Below, one piece after another: positions 46,914-64,000 of a stretch of DNA of 64,000 nucleotides (the first letter of the stretch is position 1; every line of letters starts with the position of its first letter). The position numbers and the translations under genes are program-made. The stretch is from Flaccisagitta enflata (lineage: Eukaryota). The notes below the pieces were generated by a model. That model had not been told where the DNA came from and ran no database searches. It was given only the letters and a program-made list of their open reading frames with translations. Location: the NCBI GenBank assembly GCA_965153355.1, contig OZ231126.1, positions 49,910,001-49,974,000 on the forward strand, written 5' to 3'.

Positions 46914-47824
46914 TGTTAGAAATGTATGTCTGTCCGTTTCTTAAGTATGTGTGCTTTTGTTTCTTTTGCGTGCTTTGGCTTTTCTTCTTTCTCTATTATT
47001 CAATGCCAGCGTCTTTTGTTTCTCGCCATTTTTTATATTGAACGCTAGATGGGTAACCATATGGTTGCGCCTTGTATTTTGTGCCATTTGTTTTTATTAC
47101 GTAGGCATACATACGTAACTCGTCTTTCGTATCATCCAATTTTTGGATTGATTGATTTTATTTATTTGCGGCATTGCTTCTTAAAGTGATTGATTGATTT
47201 TTCGTGATCGATTGAATGCGCCCTTGGAATTCACTAATTTCAATAATCTCTCATCTTTTTCTTGCAGATAAACTTATGAACGGACAATTAACGTTAGTTT
47301 GACATCGACAGACTGTGGGTTGAAACCAACGAAAGTGGGCCTAAAAGTAAGTTTTATAGACGCGTCTTTTCTTTTATTAACGTTGTTTTTATCTTGTCTT
47401 CCGGTCTGTTATTTTTGTCTTTTGCCCTTTTGCATTTTTATCGCCGGATTTTAGTATGGTTTTTATCGCTTGCCCGATCAGCTTGCTATAGGGATGATAT
47501 GGATGAATTTAATGGGATGGGCCGGGGCAGGGGCAGGTATTATCAGGTGGCATCTGAAGAAGATGAACATGTTATCATGTGCTGTTTCTGTCCTTTATTG
47601 TGTCCTATCTCGATTTCATGTTATCTTTTGCGTTTGCTGATCATCATTAATGCCCACTTTCCCTTTCATTTTTCCCCCTCTCTTCAGTTGTTGAAATTTT
47701 TATGGAATAAACGAGACGATCGCCTTCCTATTTTCCAATTCGCCAACTTTCTTCACCACAAGTCGCCAGTCAGATAGACGCTCATAGACAGTGCCAGTTG
47801 AAACTGCGTGATTATATTTCAACA
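46914..47824 (+). mobile_element. putative 5' LTR of the BEL/Pao element
   Basis: Starts TGT at the break in the host element; AATAAA at ~47707; ends AACA ~60 bp before the gag-like region; second LTR not visible because of the gap. Confidence 0.55.
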
Positions 47825-48526
47825 ATTTAAAAACGACTCGATTCTTTCCATCTCTCTCGACCTCCGAAAGCGAAATTGGACAATGGCAGCCGCTGCAACG
47901 ACGACAACCGCTCGACCGCTTCAACGCCCTCCTCTCGTGTATCTCACTTCGGCTTGAATCAGTGTCCGAGGTCGGATCGTTTGCGCGCGATGAGAAACGA
48001 CATCACGGCGGAGATGGAAGGATGCCGGCGCCTTTTCGACGCGGTTATACTTGCGCCGAAGGGACGAATGATTTCGACGACGCCGCCTGTGAATCAGATG
48101 GCGCGACACGGCCTTCGGGACATGGTCTACGACTTGCATTTCATTCGCAAGGCAAATGGCGCTCGACTCGATGCCCGGCGACCCTCTTCGATTCGCGGCG
48201 TCCACTCTGCGTCGAATCCGGCGCGAATGGAACTCCATGCGTTTCTTCGATCGTGAAAACTATCCAGAGGGTTTTCCTTCCAACGCCGACATCGTTAACG
48301 CAATGCACAATGACATTGGGAATCGTAAAAGACCCGTCAACGAATTCTCATGGAATAGTCTCCCAACTGATACTCATGCCGCCCGTGACAATGTGACTGG
48401 CGCTCCAACACCATGCGAACGCTTCGCCAAACCCCGACGGATCCGAGTATCTACCACTTCCGGCTCGCGACAGCGCAATCTCCAACTGGCGGCCAATTTT
48501 AAATCTGCCGCCGATCCAAAGAGGAG

Positions 48527-51500
48527 ATGCCGCCAATCAATGGGTATCGGATTTGGTCTCGGAAATTGAACTGGCGCGTGCGTCTCCGACTGGAGCAAGC
48601 TGACGACATGCTTGCGGATCTCGACGATACGCCGATGCTCTCGCAAGAGGTCGGGATCATCAACGGACTGACGCCGCAGGAGAGGGCAAGGCGGCGCCAA
48701 CAGGAGTGCGGAGAGAGAGACAGATGGGGTAGGCAGTTGGAGGAGGAAATGCGACAAGGCCGGCGGCTGATAGATGATATGCAGCAGCAACAACGGGAGG
48801 AGGAGCAGCGACAGCAGCAGGAGCAACAGCAGCAGCATCAATTGCAGATGCAGCAGCAGCAACTCCAACAGCAACGTCAACTCCACCGACCACAGGAGCA
48901 GCAGCAAACGACAGCTCAACAGCAGCAAGAGCTGTTGCAGCAGCAGCAGTTGCAGCAACTTCAACAATTTCGTCAACAAGACCAACAACAACGTCAAATT
49001 TTGCAGCCGGCGCCACAACATGTGGTCCAACAACAGCAACAACACGAGCAGCAGCAGCAGCAACAACAGCAACAACAACAAGAGCTGCAACAACATCAAC
49101 CAGCAATGCAGCCGCATGAACAACAACAACAGCGGCAAAATAACGCAGACGAACGTATGCAACAGCAACTGCAGCAGCAACAGCAACCTTCCGCCGCGAT
49201 CCCAGCGGTGGTAGTGGATCCTCCAGCGTCAAATAACCATCCTGTCGAAAGCATGAACGTCAGTGAAGAAACAGAGGAAGAGAGACAGCAACGCCTTGCA
49301 GAACAACGTCTGCGCATGATGGCTGAAGGTGAAGGTGGTGGTGCAGCAACAGCTCCAAAGGCGCCGATCGCGGTGCCATTGGGATTCCAACAGCGAAGCT
49401 CATCACAAGAAGACAAAGAGTTATACGACAGAATGTGTAACTTTCGCCAACAGCAGCAACGAGATGAAGATAGAAGAGCAGGGGTATTCAACAATGCGGC
49501 AGAAATGCAACGAAAGCACTGGAATAGCCTGAACGACGGCGGCATTGGTGGAGCTTTAGAGCAGCGGGATGTGAAGCTTAGACAATTGTCTGAGCTGGAC
49601 AAGCAGCAGCCGCAGCATCCGCCAAAAGACCGTCGATCTATCTTCAGAAATTTCAATCCGGGATTGTTCAATTCGAACTTACAGCAACATCATGTGCAGT
49701 CAGTGGAAACGTCCGTCAAGCAGCCGATGCAGCAGCAGCAACAGTTGGAGCAGCAGCAGCAGCAAGGACAACGTCAGCGTCAACTGCAGCAGCAGAATGA
49801 ACAGCAACAGTATCCTGACCAGCAACAGCAGCTTCAACATCAACAGTGGCAGCAGCAACGGCTTCAACAACAGCAACAGCATCAGGATCAGCATCACCAA
49901 ACCCCAGCAGCAACGATTCTCCCTACCGCACCGGAAGTGATCTTCGAGAAGCAGATTGATTCTGCTAGAAGGGAGACTGGCCTTCCCCATCAAGAGGAAA
50001 AAGTCTTCAACACAGCCGGAAGCGGAGGTGATGCAACGGAGGCGATGCGCAAGAGGCAGAGGCAGGAGGCCGCTGACGCGAAGTTGGCACAGCAGCTGCA
50101 AGATAAGGAGAGAAGAAAAGTCGCTCCCAAGAAGACAACGAGTGGATTGCAGCCGAAGGCGCCAAAAGTAGCGCAAGCGCCTCTAGCAACGCCTCAAGCG
50201 GAAGTCATCCAGCAGAATCAACGTTTGCAGCAGGAAGTGGATAGTTTGAAGATGCAGATTCAGCAGAGAGACTTTGACCTTGCCGCGGCGAGAGAAGAAG
50301 AGAAACAACGTAAAAAAGAACAACAACAGCGACAGTACGTCCGCCAAGATTTTGATGCTCCCCGATTCCATCAAGATGATCGTCAACAACAGATGAATCA
50401 GCAAGAAGAAGTTGGGTGGAGCGTAAAAACCACCAAAAAGAGATCTCCGGTCAAAGTCGGGGGTCAATACGCGCTGACCCAACAACCTCCAGCGTACCAT
50501 CAGGTGGAGCATCATCAAGTGGCCCGTCAACCGGAAGTCCACGTTCAGATGCCCAACAATCCGGCTCTGGACATGTTTTTGGAAAGAGCGGCGTACAACG
50601 ATCTCATGCGAGCAAGGGAGGTCGGCCTCAAAGCATTGGAGAGAGCAAGACCCGAGAAGCCTCTGCAGGAGCTTTCGTCCACCGACTTTATGATGTGGAA
50701 GAGGAAGTTCAAGGATGCTGAGAAGCATGAAGGCTTGACGCAAATGGACATCTTATTGGAATTGCCTAAGTGGTTTGCTGGTCCGGCAAAGGAGATCATT
50801 GAAACTGCGACGATTGATGCAACTGAAGCGACAGCAAGAGGAGAAATTGACGACGCCTTCGCAAAAATGGACGTCGTCTTTATGGCAAGGCGCTGCAACA
50901 TTGCGGCGCTGTTCAACGAAATCGTCGCGGAGGCGAAGATCCAGTCGGCCGACCATGCAAGGCATTTCAATTTGTCTGCAAGGTTGCAAAAGGCAAAGAA
51001 GATTGCGAGGACCTGTGGAGAAGTGCAACAATGCTATCGCGACGAGCTGCTGCAGGAGATCCTCAATAAGAGGGTCCCTCATCTTGCGGATAAATTCTGG
51101 GAAAAGCAACATGAAGCAGCCCAAAATGGACAGTTATTCTCATTCGACAACTTGGTTCATATGATTGAAACATGGGCGGTGATTCAGCGCAACAAAGGCG
51201 CAAGCTGCAAAACGGCATCAGTGGCAGCAGTTGCAACGACAGAAAAAGAGGCGCCATCTTCATACGAGGACGCCTTGACCAATGGCAAGCAAAAGTGCAG
51301 TCGATGGACCGCTGCAACGTCTGCAGTGGAATGCATCAAACGGAAGAGTCATCAATTGTCAGAGCTGGAAGTGGACAGAGTTCAGAAGATCATGTCTCGC
51401 CGTCTTTGCTTCCACTGTCTCGCGCCAGGACACAACGCCAAAGGGTGCGCGAACAGACCAACTTGCCAGATCTGCAAGAAGCGGCACGCGACTATTCTCC

Positions 51501-51760
51501 ACGGGCGCACCTACAAGAAAGAAGAAAAGGAAGAGAAGAAAGGAGAAAATAAGCAGGGAAATAAAGTACCGCTGGCTCCCTTCAAAAAGTCAGAGGATGC
51601 GGCTGCAGCAGCACCAACAGCTCGTCGACGGGCGGAGGCAGCTAATCCAATCGAAGTAATCTCCGAACGCTACGGCATTTACTCGGCGGCGACGGCAACG
51701 TCATGTCCGTCTCTTTTCATTCTGGCCGTACGCTTAACCCTCATCTCATTGTTCCAGTGA
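48527..51760 (+). CDS. BEL/Pao Gag with polyQ-rich N-terminal region (true start probably ~47883, frameshifted)
   Basis: FMMWKRKF..GPAKE capsid-like region; CFHCLAPGHNAKGC and CQICKKRHATILH knuckles; first knuckle CNVCSGMH lies in an alternative frame at ~51313. Confidence 0.85.
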   Translation: MPPINGYRIWSRKLNWRVRLRLEQADDMLADLDDTPMLSQEVGIINGLTPQERARRRQQECGERDRWGRQLEEEMRQGRRLIDDMQQQQREEEQRQQQEQQQQHQLQMQQQQLQQQRQLHRPQEQQQTTAQQQQELLQQQQLQQLQQFRQQDQQQRQILQPAPQHVVQQQQQHEQQQQQQQQQQQELQQHQPAMQPHEQQQQRQNNADERMQQQLQQQQQPSAAIPAVVVDPPASNNHPVESMNVSEETEEERQQRLAEQRLRMMAEGEGGGAATAPKAPIAVPLGFQQRSSSQEDKELYDRMCNFRQQQQRDEDRRAGVFNNAAEMQRKHWNSLNDGGIGGALEQRDVKLRQLSELDKQQPQHPPKDRRSIFRNFNPGLFNSNLQQHHVQSVETSVKQPMQQQQQLEQQQQQGQRQRQLQQQNEQQQYPDQQQQLQHQQWQQQRLQQQQQHQDQHHQTPAATILPTAPEVIFEKQIDSARRETGLPHQEEKVFNTAGSGGDATEAMRKRQRQEAADAKLAQQLQDKERRKVAPKKTTSGLQPKAPKVAQAPLATPQAEVIQQNQRLQQEVDSLKMQIQQRDFDLAAAREEEKQRKKEQQQRQYVRQDFDAPRFHQDDRQQQMNQQEEVGWSVKTTKKRSPVKVGGQYALTQQPPAYHQVEHHQVARQPEVHVQMPNNPALDMFLERAAYNDLMRAREVGLKALERARPEKPLQELSSTDFMMWKRKFKDAEKHEGLTQMDILLELPKWFAGPAKEIIETATIDATEATARGEIDDAFAKMDVVFMARRCNIAALFNEIVAEAKIQSADHARHFNLSARLQKAKKIARTCGEVQQCYRDELLQEILNKRVPHLADKFWEKQHEAAQNGQLFSFDNLVHMIETWAVIQRNKGASCKTASVAAVATTEKEAPSSYEDALTNGKQKCSRWTAATSAVECIKRKSHQLSELEVDRVQKIMSRRLCFHCLAPGHNAKGCANRPTCQICKKRHATILHGRTYKKEEKEEKKGENKQGNKVPLAPFKKSEDAAAAAPTARRRAEAANPIEVISERYGIYSAATATSCPSLFILAVRLTLISLFQ

Positions 51761-54700
51761 CTATCATAAACAATTCTTCGGGCGCGCAGAGGACGACACG
51801 CCATGATCACCGGAAGCGCCAGATCGCGACGTGATTGCACCAGCAAACACCGCGAGTCTTCTGATTCCAACAAAACAAAAATGACGACAATGGAAGTCAT
51901 GCTGTTGAGGATCGCTATCGCATCATTCACTATGCAATCGGTCGACGAGGAATATGTCGTCGACGCCAACGACGCATTGGTGGGTGATTTGTTAACAAGT
52001 GAACGCGACATTCCTCCCTTTCTCCGCCACCTATCTGACCAACCTCACATCGAAGGCATAAAATTTCGAGAAGCTGAAGGCGGTGTGATGATGATCATCG
52101 GAGCGGCGCATGCGGATGCCGCCGTCGCTCAAGAAATCCGTCGAGGGCCTTCAGGACTTTTGACTTGCTTCAGATGTCTATTCGGTTGAACTGTATGTGG
52201 AAAAATGGCAAAGAGGACAGATATTGACACTGCTTATCGCGACGGATGACCGCGTCCTCACCCATAACATCGACGATCTCGACAATCGCGTCCTCAACAA
52301 AAGCAAAATATCAACGATTCTACCAAGGACTTTGCATCATCAATCGTCTCAAGGAAGAGGAGATGGGTGATTCCCTTGAAAATGGCTGGAGCTGCAAAAT
52401 AAAGAGGAAAAGACATATTTTTGCCCAATTGTGAAAAATACTTTTGTTCTCACATATGGAAATTTCATCACGAAAAAATCATGGAAATTCTGAGAAGATG
52501 AAATCAATGACCGACTGCGATGAAGCGTGCCTGCAACCAACGCTTTCGCTTCTGGCCGTGATCCAGCCTTCAAAGAAAGAGCTCCAGGGAAATCTAGAAG
52601 CCACAGACGGGAGTGGTTGAGATTGACAGCGCCGACGACGACGACGGCATTGAGAAGCCGCGCTGACACTTGCCGCTTCATATTGTCTAATCACGCGGAA
52701 AAACGCACGTATGTCACGATGTGCGTGCTGTGACCGACGGGATCTCACTCAATGATTTGCTCGTCGGAGGTCCAAACTTGATGAACAGCTTGATGGACAT
52801 CCTCATGCGCTTTCGTCAGTGGAAGATCACCTTTATGTGTGATATAAAGGCGTTTCTTCCACCAGATCCGCGCGTCCATCCTGACTACGCTGATCTGTTC
52901 AGATTCTTTTGGTTCAAAGACTTCCACTTTTTACTTAGTCATTTTGAATCTGTTCTTACCCATGTTCGCAGCCAATCCAGGCTCATTCATTACGTCACCG
53001 CCAGAAAGCATGCAGACGTCATCCGGCTCAAAGATCCCCACAACGTCAATGATCTTATTCGCTTCGGCTTCTACGCCGACGACGGTAGTGGGGGTGGGGA
53101 TTCGTTCGACTAAGCACGGCAACGAAAGGTGGATGCAGTGGCGGCGATAGCTGAAGGCGTGATGGATCTGGTGAAGTGGAAGAGCAATGCGCTGCACTTG
53201 ATGGATGGAGATCCGAACGTGCCTATCTCCACTTCAGATAAGCAAGATGATGGGCCGACGTAGGTGCTAAGCGTGGCATTGCTTCCGGCGGAAGATGCCT
53301 TCATCTTCATCTGCTACTAGGAATTTGAAACTTTTTGAGAAAAAACACCTCGTCAATTGGTCTCCATGCAAGTTAAACTTTATGATCCATTGGGATTTTG
53401 GAGCCCAAGCGCATACATCGGCAGACGACATCTTCAACTCTGTCGTCCACAGGAAGTGGGATGGGATTCGCCCTTGGAAGAGAGCGTCGAGGAATCTTTC
53501 TTCCGCTACACTTCATCTTGGCCTCTTCTACAACAATACCGAATTGAACGCTGGTGGAATGGCGGCCGATAACAGTGACACTGCGGAAATAACAATTGAG
53601 ATTTTCTGCGATGCGGCTCCAAAAGGCGGATATGGAGCAGTTGCATATCGACACTTCAATCGAGATGGAGATGTTCACATTTCATTCATCGCTCCAAATC
53701 CCACGTCATTCCACTGACCCCAAACGGCTTTATCACAAACAGCGCTCCACGCGTCGAGATTGTATCCGCAGAAAAAGCAGTCTAAACGCTTCGTCGGAAG
53801 GACCATCAACTTGGACAATCTTGTCGTCAGATTTTGGTCTGATTCTGAATCTGCACTGAAGATGATTTACAATCCGGCGAAACCGAGGCCTGTATTTTTC
53901 GCTAACGTCTCTCCAAGATCCATAGCGGGTCTGATCCTCAACAGTGGCGCTGGTTGACTCGCCAAACAACCCGGCGGACCACTGCAGCAGAGGCATCCAG
54001 GCTCATGAAGCCGAAAAATGGCGTCAATTCCATCACGGTCCTGCATTTTTGCGTCTTCCCTAAGATCAATGGCCAAAGACGAACATCGCGACGTGTCCTA
54101 TTTCTGCCACAAGTCGCCGCATTGTATGTGGCTGAAAGTGAAAAGAAACAAGTGGCTGACGCGATACTTCTTGCAGCAGCTTCTCGGGAAAATGGATGCA
54201 TAAGTTATGGATCATCGGCATGGTTCTTATCACGGTCAAAGGTGGAGAGCGATCCAAGGGCGAAGACACGAGCAGCAAAGGATCTCCTTCCTAAACTGGA
54301 AGTGACGCAAGACGTCTTGGAGGAGGCGCGCAAACAGCTCGTCAAGTCAATGCAGCGGCATCATTATTCAGACGCCTTCGAACAATTGGAGTTGGGAAAA
54401 GTCTTTAAACCAGAAAGCCGTCATGACTTCATCATAAAAAATAAAGAGATGCGGAAATTGAATCCTTTCGTCGACGACGACGGTATTATTCGCGTCGGTA
54501 GTCGATTGGAAAACGCCGACATCGCACATGACGCTAAATTTCCCTTCATCCTGCCGCCAAAAGACGAGAATGTGAAATCATTGACTGGCCATTATCATCA
54601 CAATGATTTTCACGCGGGTGCAAAGCATGCTGCCATTGTGTCAATTACGCGAATTTGTGGATTACAAAGGTCTTTGCCGCCAAGAGCGTCAACACGTGCT

Positions 54701-55693
54701 TTAGATGCCAGTGAAGAACTTTAAAAAAGAACGCAAATCAGCAAATGGCCAATCTTCCATCAAATCGCGTCAATCCGTGCGCCTGTTTTTGCAGAGACTG
54801 GATTGGACGTCATGGGGCATTTCATGGTAAAAATGAACGGGCGTGTTGGATCACAAGGTGTGGATCGCAGTGTTCACCTGCTCTCGTGAGCCTACCGTCC
54901 ATGTGGAATTGCTTTCAACATGTCAGCTGACAGCATGGTAAATGCACCATCCGCTGCAAAGCAAGGCGCCCAGGAATCCGCCGTTTCACTTCAGATTGTG
55001 GGAATAATCTAGTCGGCGCCAACAATATCCTCAAGAAGGAAATGAAGCTTGGAACCGTCATTAACTCCCGATCTGCATGGCGCGTCTTCGTGGGATTTTA
55101 TCACGCTCGAACACCCACCATGGGAGGGGTGGAGAGAACTGTCAGCTTCTTAAGCGCCCATCTTCTTCCATCTCGACTGGCGCCATCCTCCACGCCGACG
55201 CTTCAACACTGCGTCGTCGTGTTGAAGGAATTCTCAATCGCCGTCCTCTGACAGCTCTCAGCGATGATCCAAATGACTCTGAGGCCCTTACATCAATCAT
55301 ATCCTCAACTATCAACATCCGGCCATGCCCCTCTGGATCTGGTGCAACAACATGTCAACTCGGACACTGACTCCGCCGAAGATTCAATGGAGGCGTGCGC
55401 AATCGCGTGTGGATGCGTTTTGGAAATCGGGGAGGGTCGAATATTTGTCGCTTCTTCACGCGCGAAGCAAATGGTCGAGATCCGAGAGAGACTTTGCGAT
55501 TGTTGACATGGTCATCGTCATGGACGAAACGCTACCTCGCCACAATTGGAGCTTAGGACGGTTCAGGGGCGTCGAGGGTTCGTCAGCCCATGTCCGGAGG
55601 GCTCACATCCGGCGCCAGGACGGAAAGATCGTGACGAAAGACCGCACGAAGTCAGGCGGCTGGAATTGGACTCATAAAAACGCTAAGTTTTGA
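51761..55693 (+). pseudogene. BEL/Pao pol (PR-RT-RNaseH-IN), heavily frameshifted
   Basis: SLNDLLVGGPNLMNSLMDILMRFR..DIKAF, FYADD, KLYDPLG, IFCDAA..YGAVAY, FWSDS, LNPFVDDDGIIRVGSRL, MANLP..RV, LNRRPLT, FWK..EYLSLL scattered over several frames. Confidence 0.88.
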
Positions 55694-56835
55694 GAGAGAG
55701 AGAAAAAGGCGCATGGGCCTGTCCATTAGTAACTATAGATATGAGTGACGAGGACTCTGACTGTTATATATATTTACAAAGAGTTGTTATTATTCATATT
55801 TGGTTCTGATTATCCATGCTTTCATCTTTCCACTTATCAATTATGTTGTCCATTTCCACTTACACATCAAACACTGATTCATTCGCTCTGTCTATATGTA
55901 CATATTATTATGCCAAAATCCGTTCTTGCCGCCATCTGCCCTCAAACGAATATTTCAAAGCTTCCGCTGACGCCGTCATTCCATCTACGAAGTCTGCCCG
56001 CATCTTGAAGTCGCTCGTCGGAGTCAAGATGTCCTGTCAGCAGCGTCTCGAGGCTGAAGCCGACGTGTCGACGTCGTACGGATCCTTGGATCTCCATCGA
56101 CTTTCAACGACGGCTCGACTCGGAAGGGGATCTGCATCCACGACGTCGTTCGAAGCGGAGGAGGAGGCTGTCTCGCTGGCAGCCTTCAATGGCGACCTTC
56201 GTTCCCCCGTTGACGCAAAAATGGCTAATAAAAAGCGCCAACAAGATGACGCGTTGGTAAATCGCCAACAGCCATCCAACGCCGCTGATCCCGCCGCCTT
56301 CTTCCATTGGTGGTCACTGATGGAGGTTCGAGGCGGATCTCGATCAATCGGCCGCCGACGGACTTATCCATCACTTCCGCGGCGGCGCCATCATCATCGG
56401 ATTTGCCCCCATCGCCTCCACTTTGCTCTGATTTCGTCGCCTGTGCGTCTCAGGATCAGCGCCTGCAGCTGCATGTCAACGCGGGGGCGAAGAGAGAGAG
56501 AGATCGGTCACTGATGGAGCAAGAGTGGAGGAGGAGGGGATGGAGACAGAGGAGGAGGTGTTAGTGAATGGGGAGGCGGAGGAGAAAGACATTGACCCGG
56601 AAGTGGACACTGCGACGCCGGAAGAGAAACACCAACGGATGCAGGCACGTTGGTGTTATCGTATCATCAGTCCGGACGTCGGAGTATCTCTCCTCTTCAA
56701 AGAGTTTGAAAAAACTTTCAGTGTGCTGCAACAAACAAACTCCTCATGCGCCTATCGGCTAATCAAACAGAGCTTGGCTCGGAGACTCTGGAGCGCAAAA
56801 TCCAAAGCAATAAAAGAAGGAGGGAGCATGATAAG

Positions 56836-56845
56836 NNNNNNNNNN
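56836..56845. other. assembly gap (10 N)
   Basis: NNNNNNNNNN. Confidence 1.
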
Positions 56846-57871
56846 TTATGTAATTATAGGTAATTATAGGTCATTAAGGGTAATTATAGGTTGTTATGCA
56901 ACTGTAGGTCATTATGTGTAATTATAGGTCAGTATATAATATTAGGTAAATATAAGTAATTATAGGTAATTATAGGTCATTATAGGAAATTACAGGTATT
57001 CATAGGTAATTATAGGTAATCATAGGTCATCATACCTAACTATAGGTCATCATAGGTCATTATGCAATCATAGGTCATTATTGGTAATTATAGGCCAAAA
57101 TGTAATTATAGATAATTTTAGGTAATTAAAGGTTATTATAGATCATTATAAGTAATTATAGGTCATTATGTAATTATAGGTAATTATAGGTCATTAAAGT
57201 TAATTATAGATAATTATAGGTCATTATGAAATTATGGATAACTATAGGTAATCAAAGGTCATTAATGGTATTTATAGGTCATTTAATTATGGGTAGTTAT
57301 AGGTAATCATAGGTCATCATAGGTAATTATAGGTCATTAGGTTATTATAGGTAATCATAGGTAATATAGGTAATTATAGGTCATTATCTTATTATAGGTG
57401 ATTATAATAGGTAATCATGGGTAATAATAGGTCATTATAGGTAATTATTGGTCCATATGTATTTATAGGTGATCATAGGTCTTTATAGGTACTTAAAGCT
57501 CAGTATTTGATTATGGGTAACTGTAGGTAATTATAGATAATTATAGGTAATCATAGGTCATTATGGGTAATTTTAGGTCATTATGTTATTATAGGTAATT
57601 ATGGGTTTTATGTACAATCATACATCATTATAGGTAATTATTGGTCCTTATGTAATTATAGGTAATCATAGGTCTTTATAGGTACTTATAGGTCATTATT
57701 TAATTATGGGTAATTATAGGTAATTATAGGTAATCATAGGTCATTATAGGCAATTATAGGTCAATAGGTAGTTATAGTCATTATCGTCATTACAGGAAAT
57801 AACGTACTTATACAATTAGGCGATTACGTAATTAAGTAAGTCTCGCACGCGACTTATAGGTGTTGGCCTTG
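56846..57871 (+). repeat. ~10-bp minisatellite (ATAGGTAATT/ATAGGTCATT)n ending in a HINE-type 3' terminus
   Basis: ~950 bp of degenerate units followed by CGCACGCGACTTATAGGTGTTGGCCTTGTT. Confidence 0.85.

Positions 57872-64000
<6,129 letters not shown>

Larger units (their letters stand above)
46914..56835 (+). mobile_element. BEL/Pao LTR retrotransposon, truncated by assembly gap
   Basis: Gag zinc knuckles, BEL-type RT, RNase H, integrase and C-terminal FWK..EYL domain in canonical order. Confidence 0.9.

Overview
Eukaryotic (probably invertebrate, inferred from repeat content) genomic DNA that is very rich in microsatellites and transposable elements. The only recognisable host coding sequence is a large exon of a TMTC-family protein O-mannosyltransferase (24007-27138, +). 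It carries an unusual ~900-aa polyQ/polyS N-terminal extension, and its next coding exon was not found in the window. Mobile elements: a 5'-truncated L2/Crack/Daphne-type LINE nested in a mariner-type MITE; several palindromic MITEs and a hAT-type long-TIR element; at least 15 HINE/DINE-like (Helentron-associated) elements carrying different minisatellites; a 5'-truncated Naiad-type Penelope-like element (nested in a TIR element and itself split by a 415-bp insertion); and a BEL/Pao LTR retrotransposon with a polyQ-rich Gag and an extra post-pol ORF, cut by an assembly gap at 56836-56845. After the gap, 57872-64000 is an inverted, diverged copy of 33083-39422 (haplotig or segmental duplication). 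The most intriguing signal is in the Naiad 3' region: three hairpins with a shared core but different outer stems, plus a compact multi-stem structure that is a candidate cis-acting or catalytic RNA.
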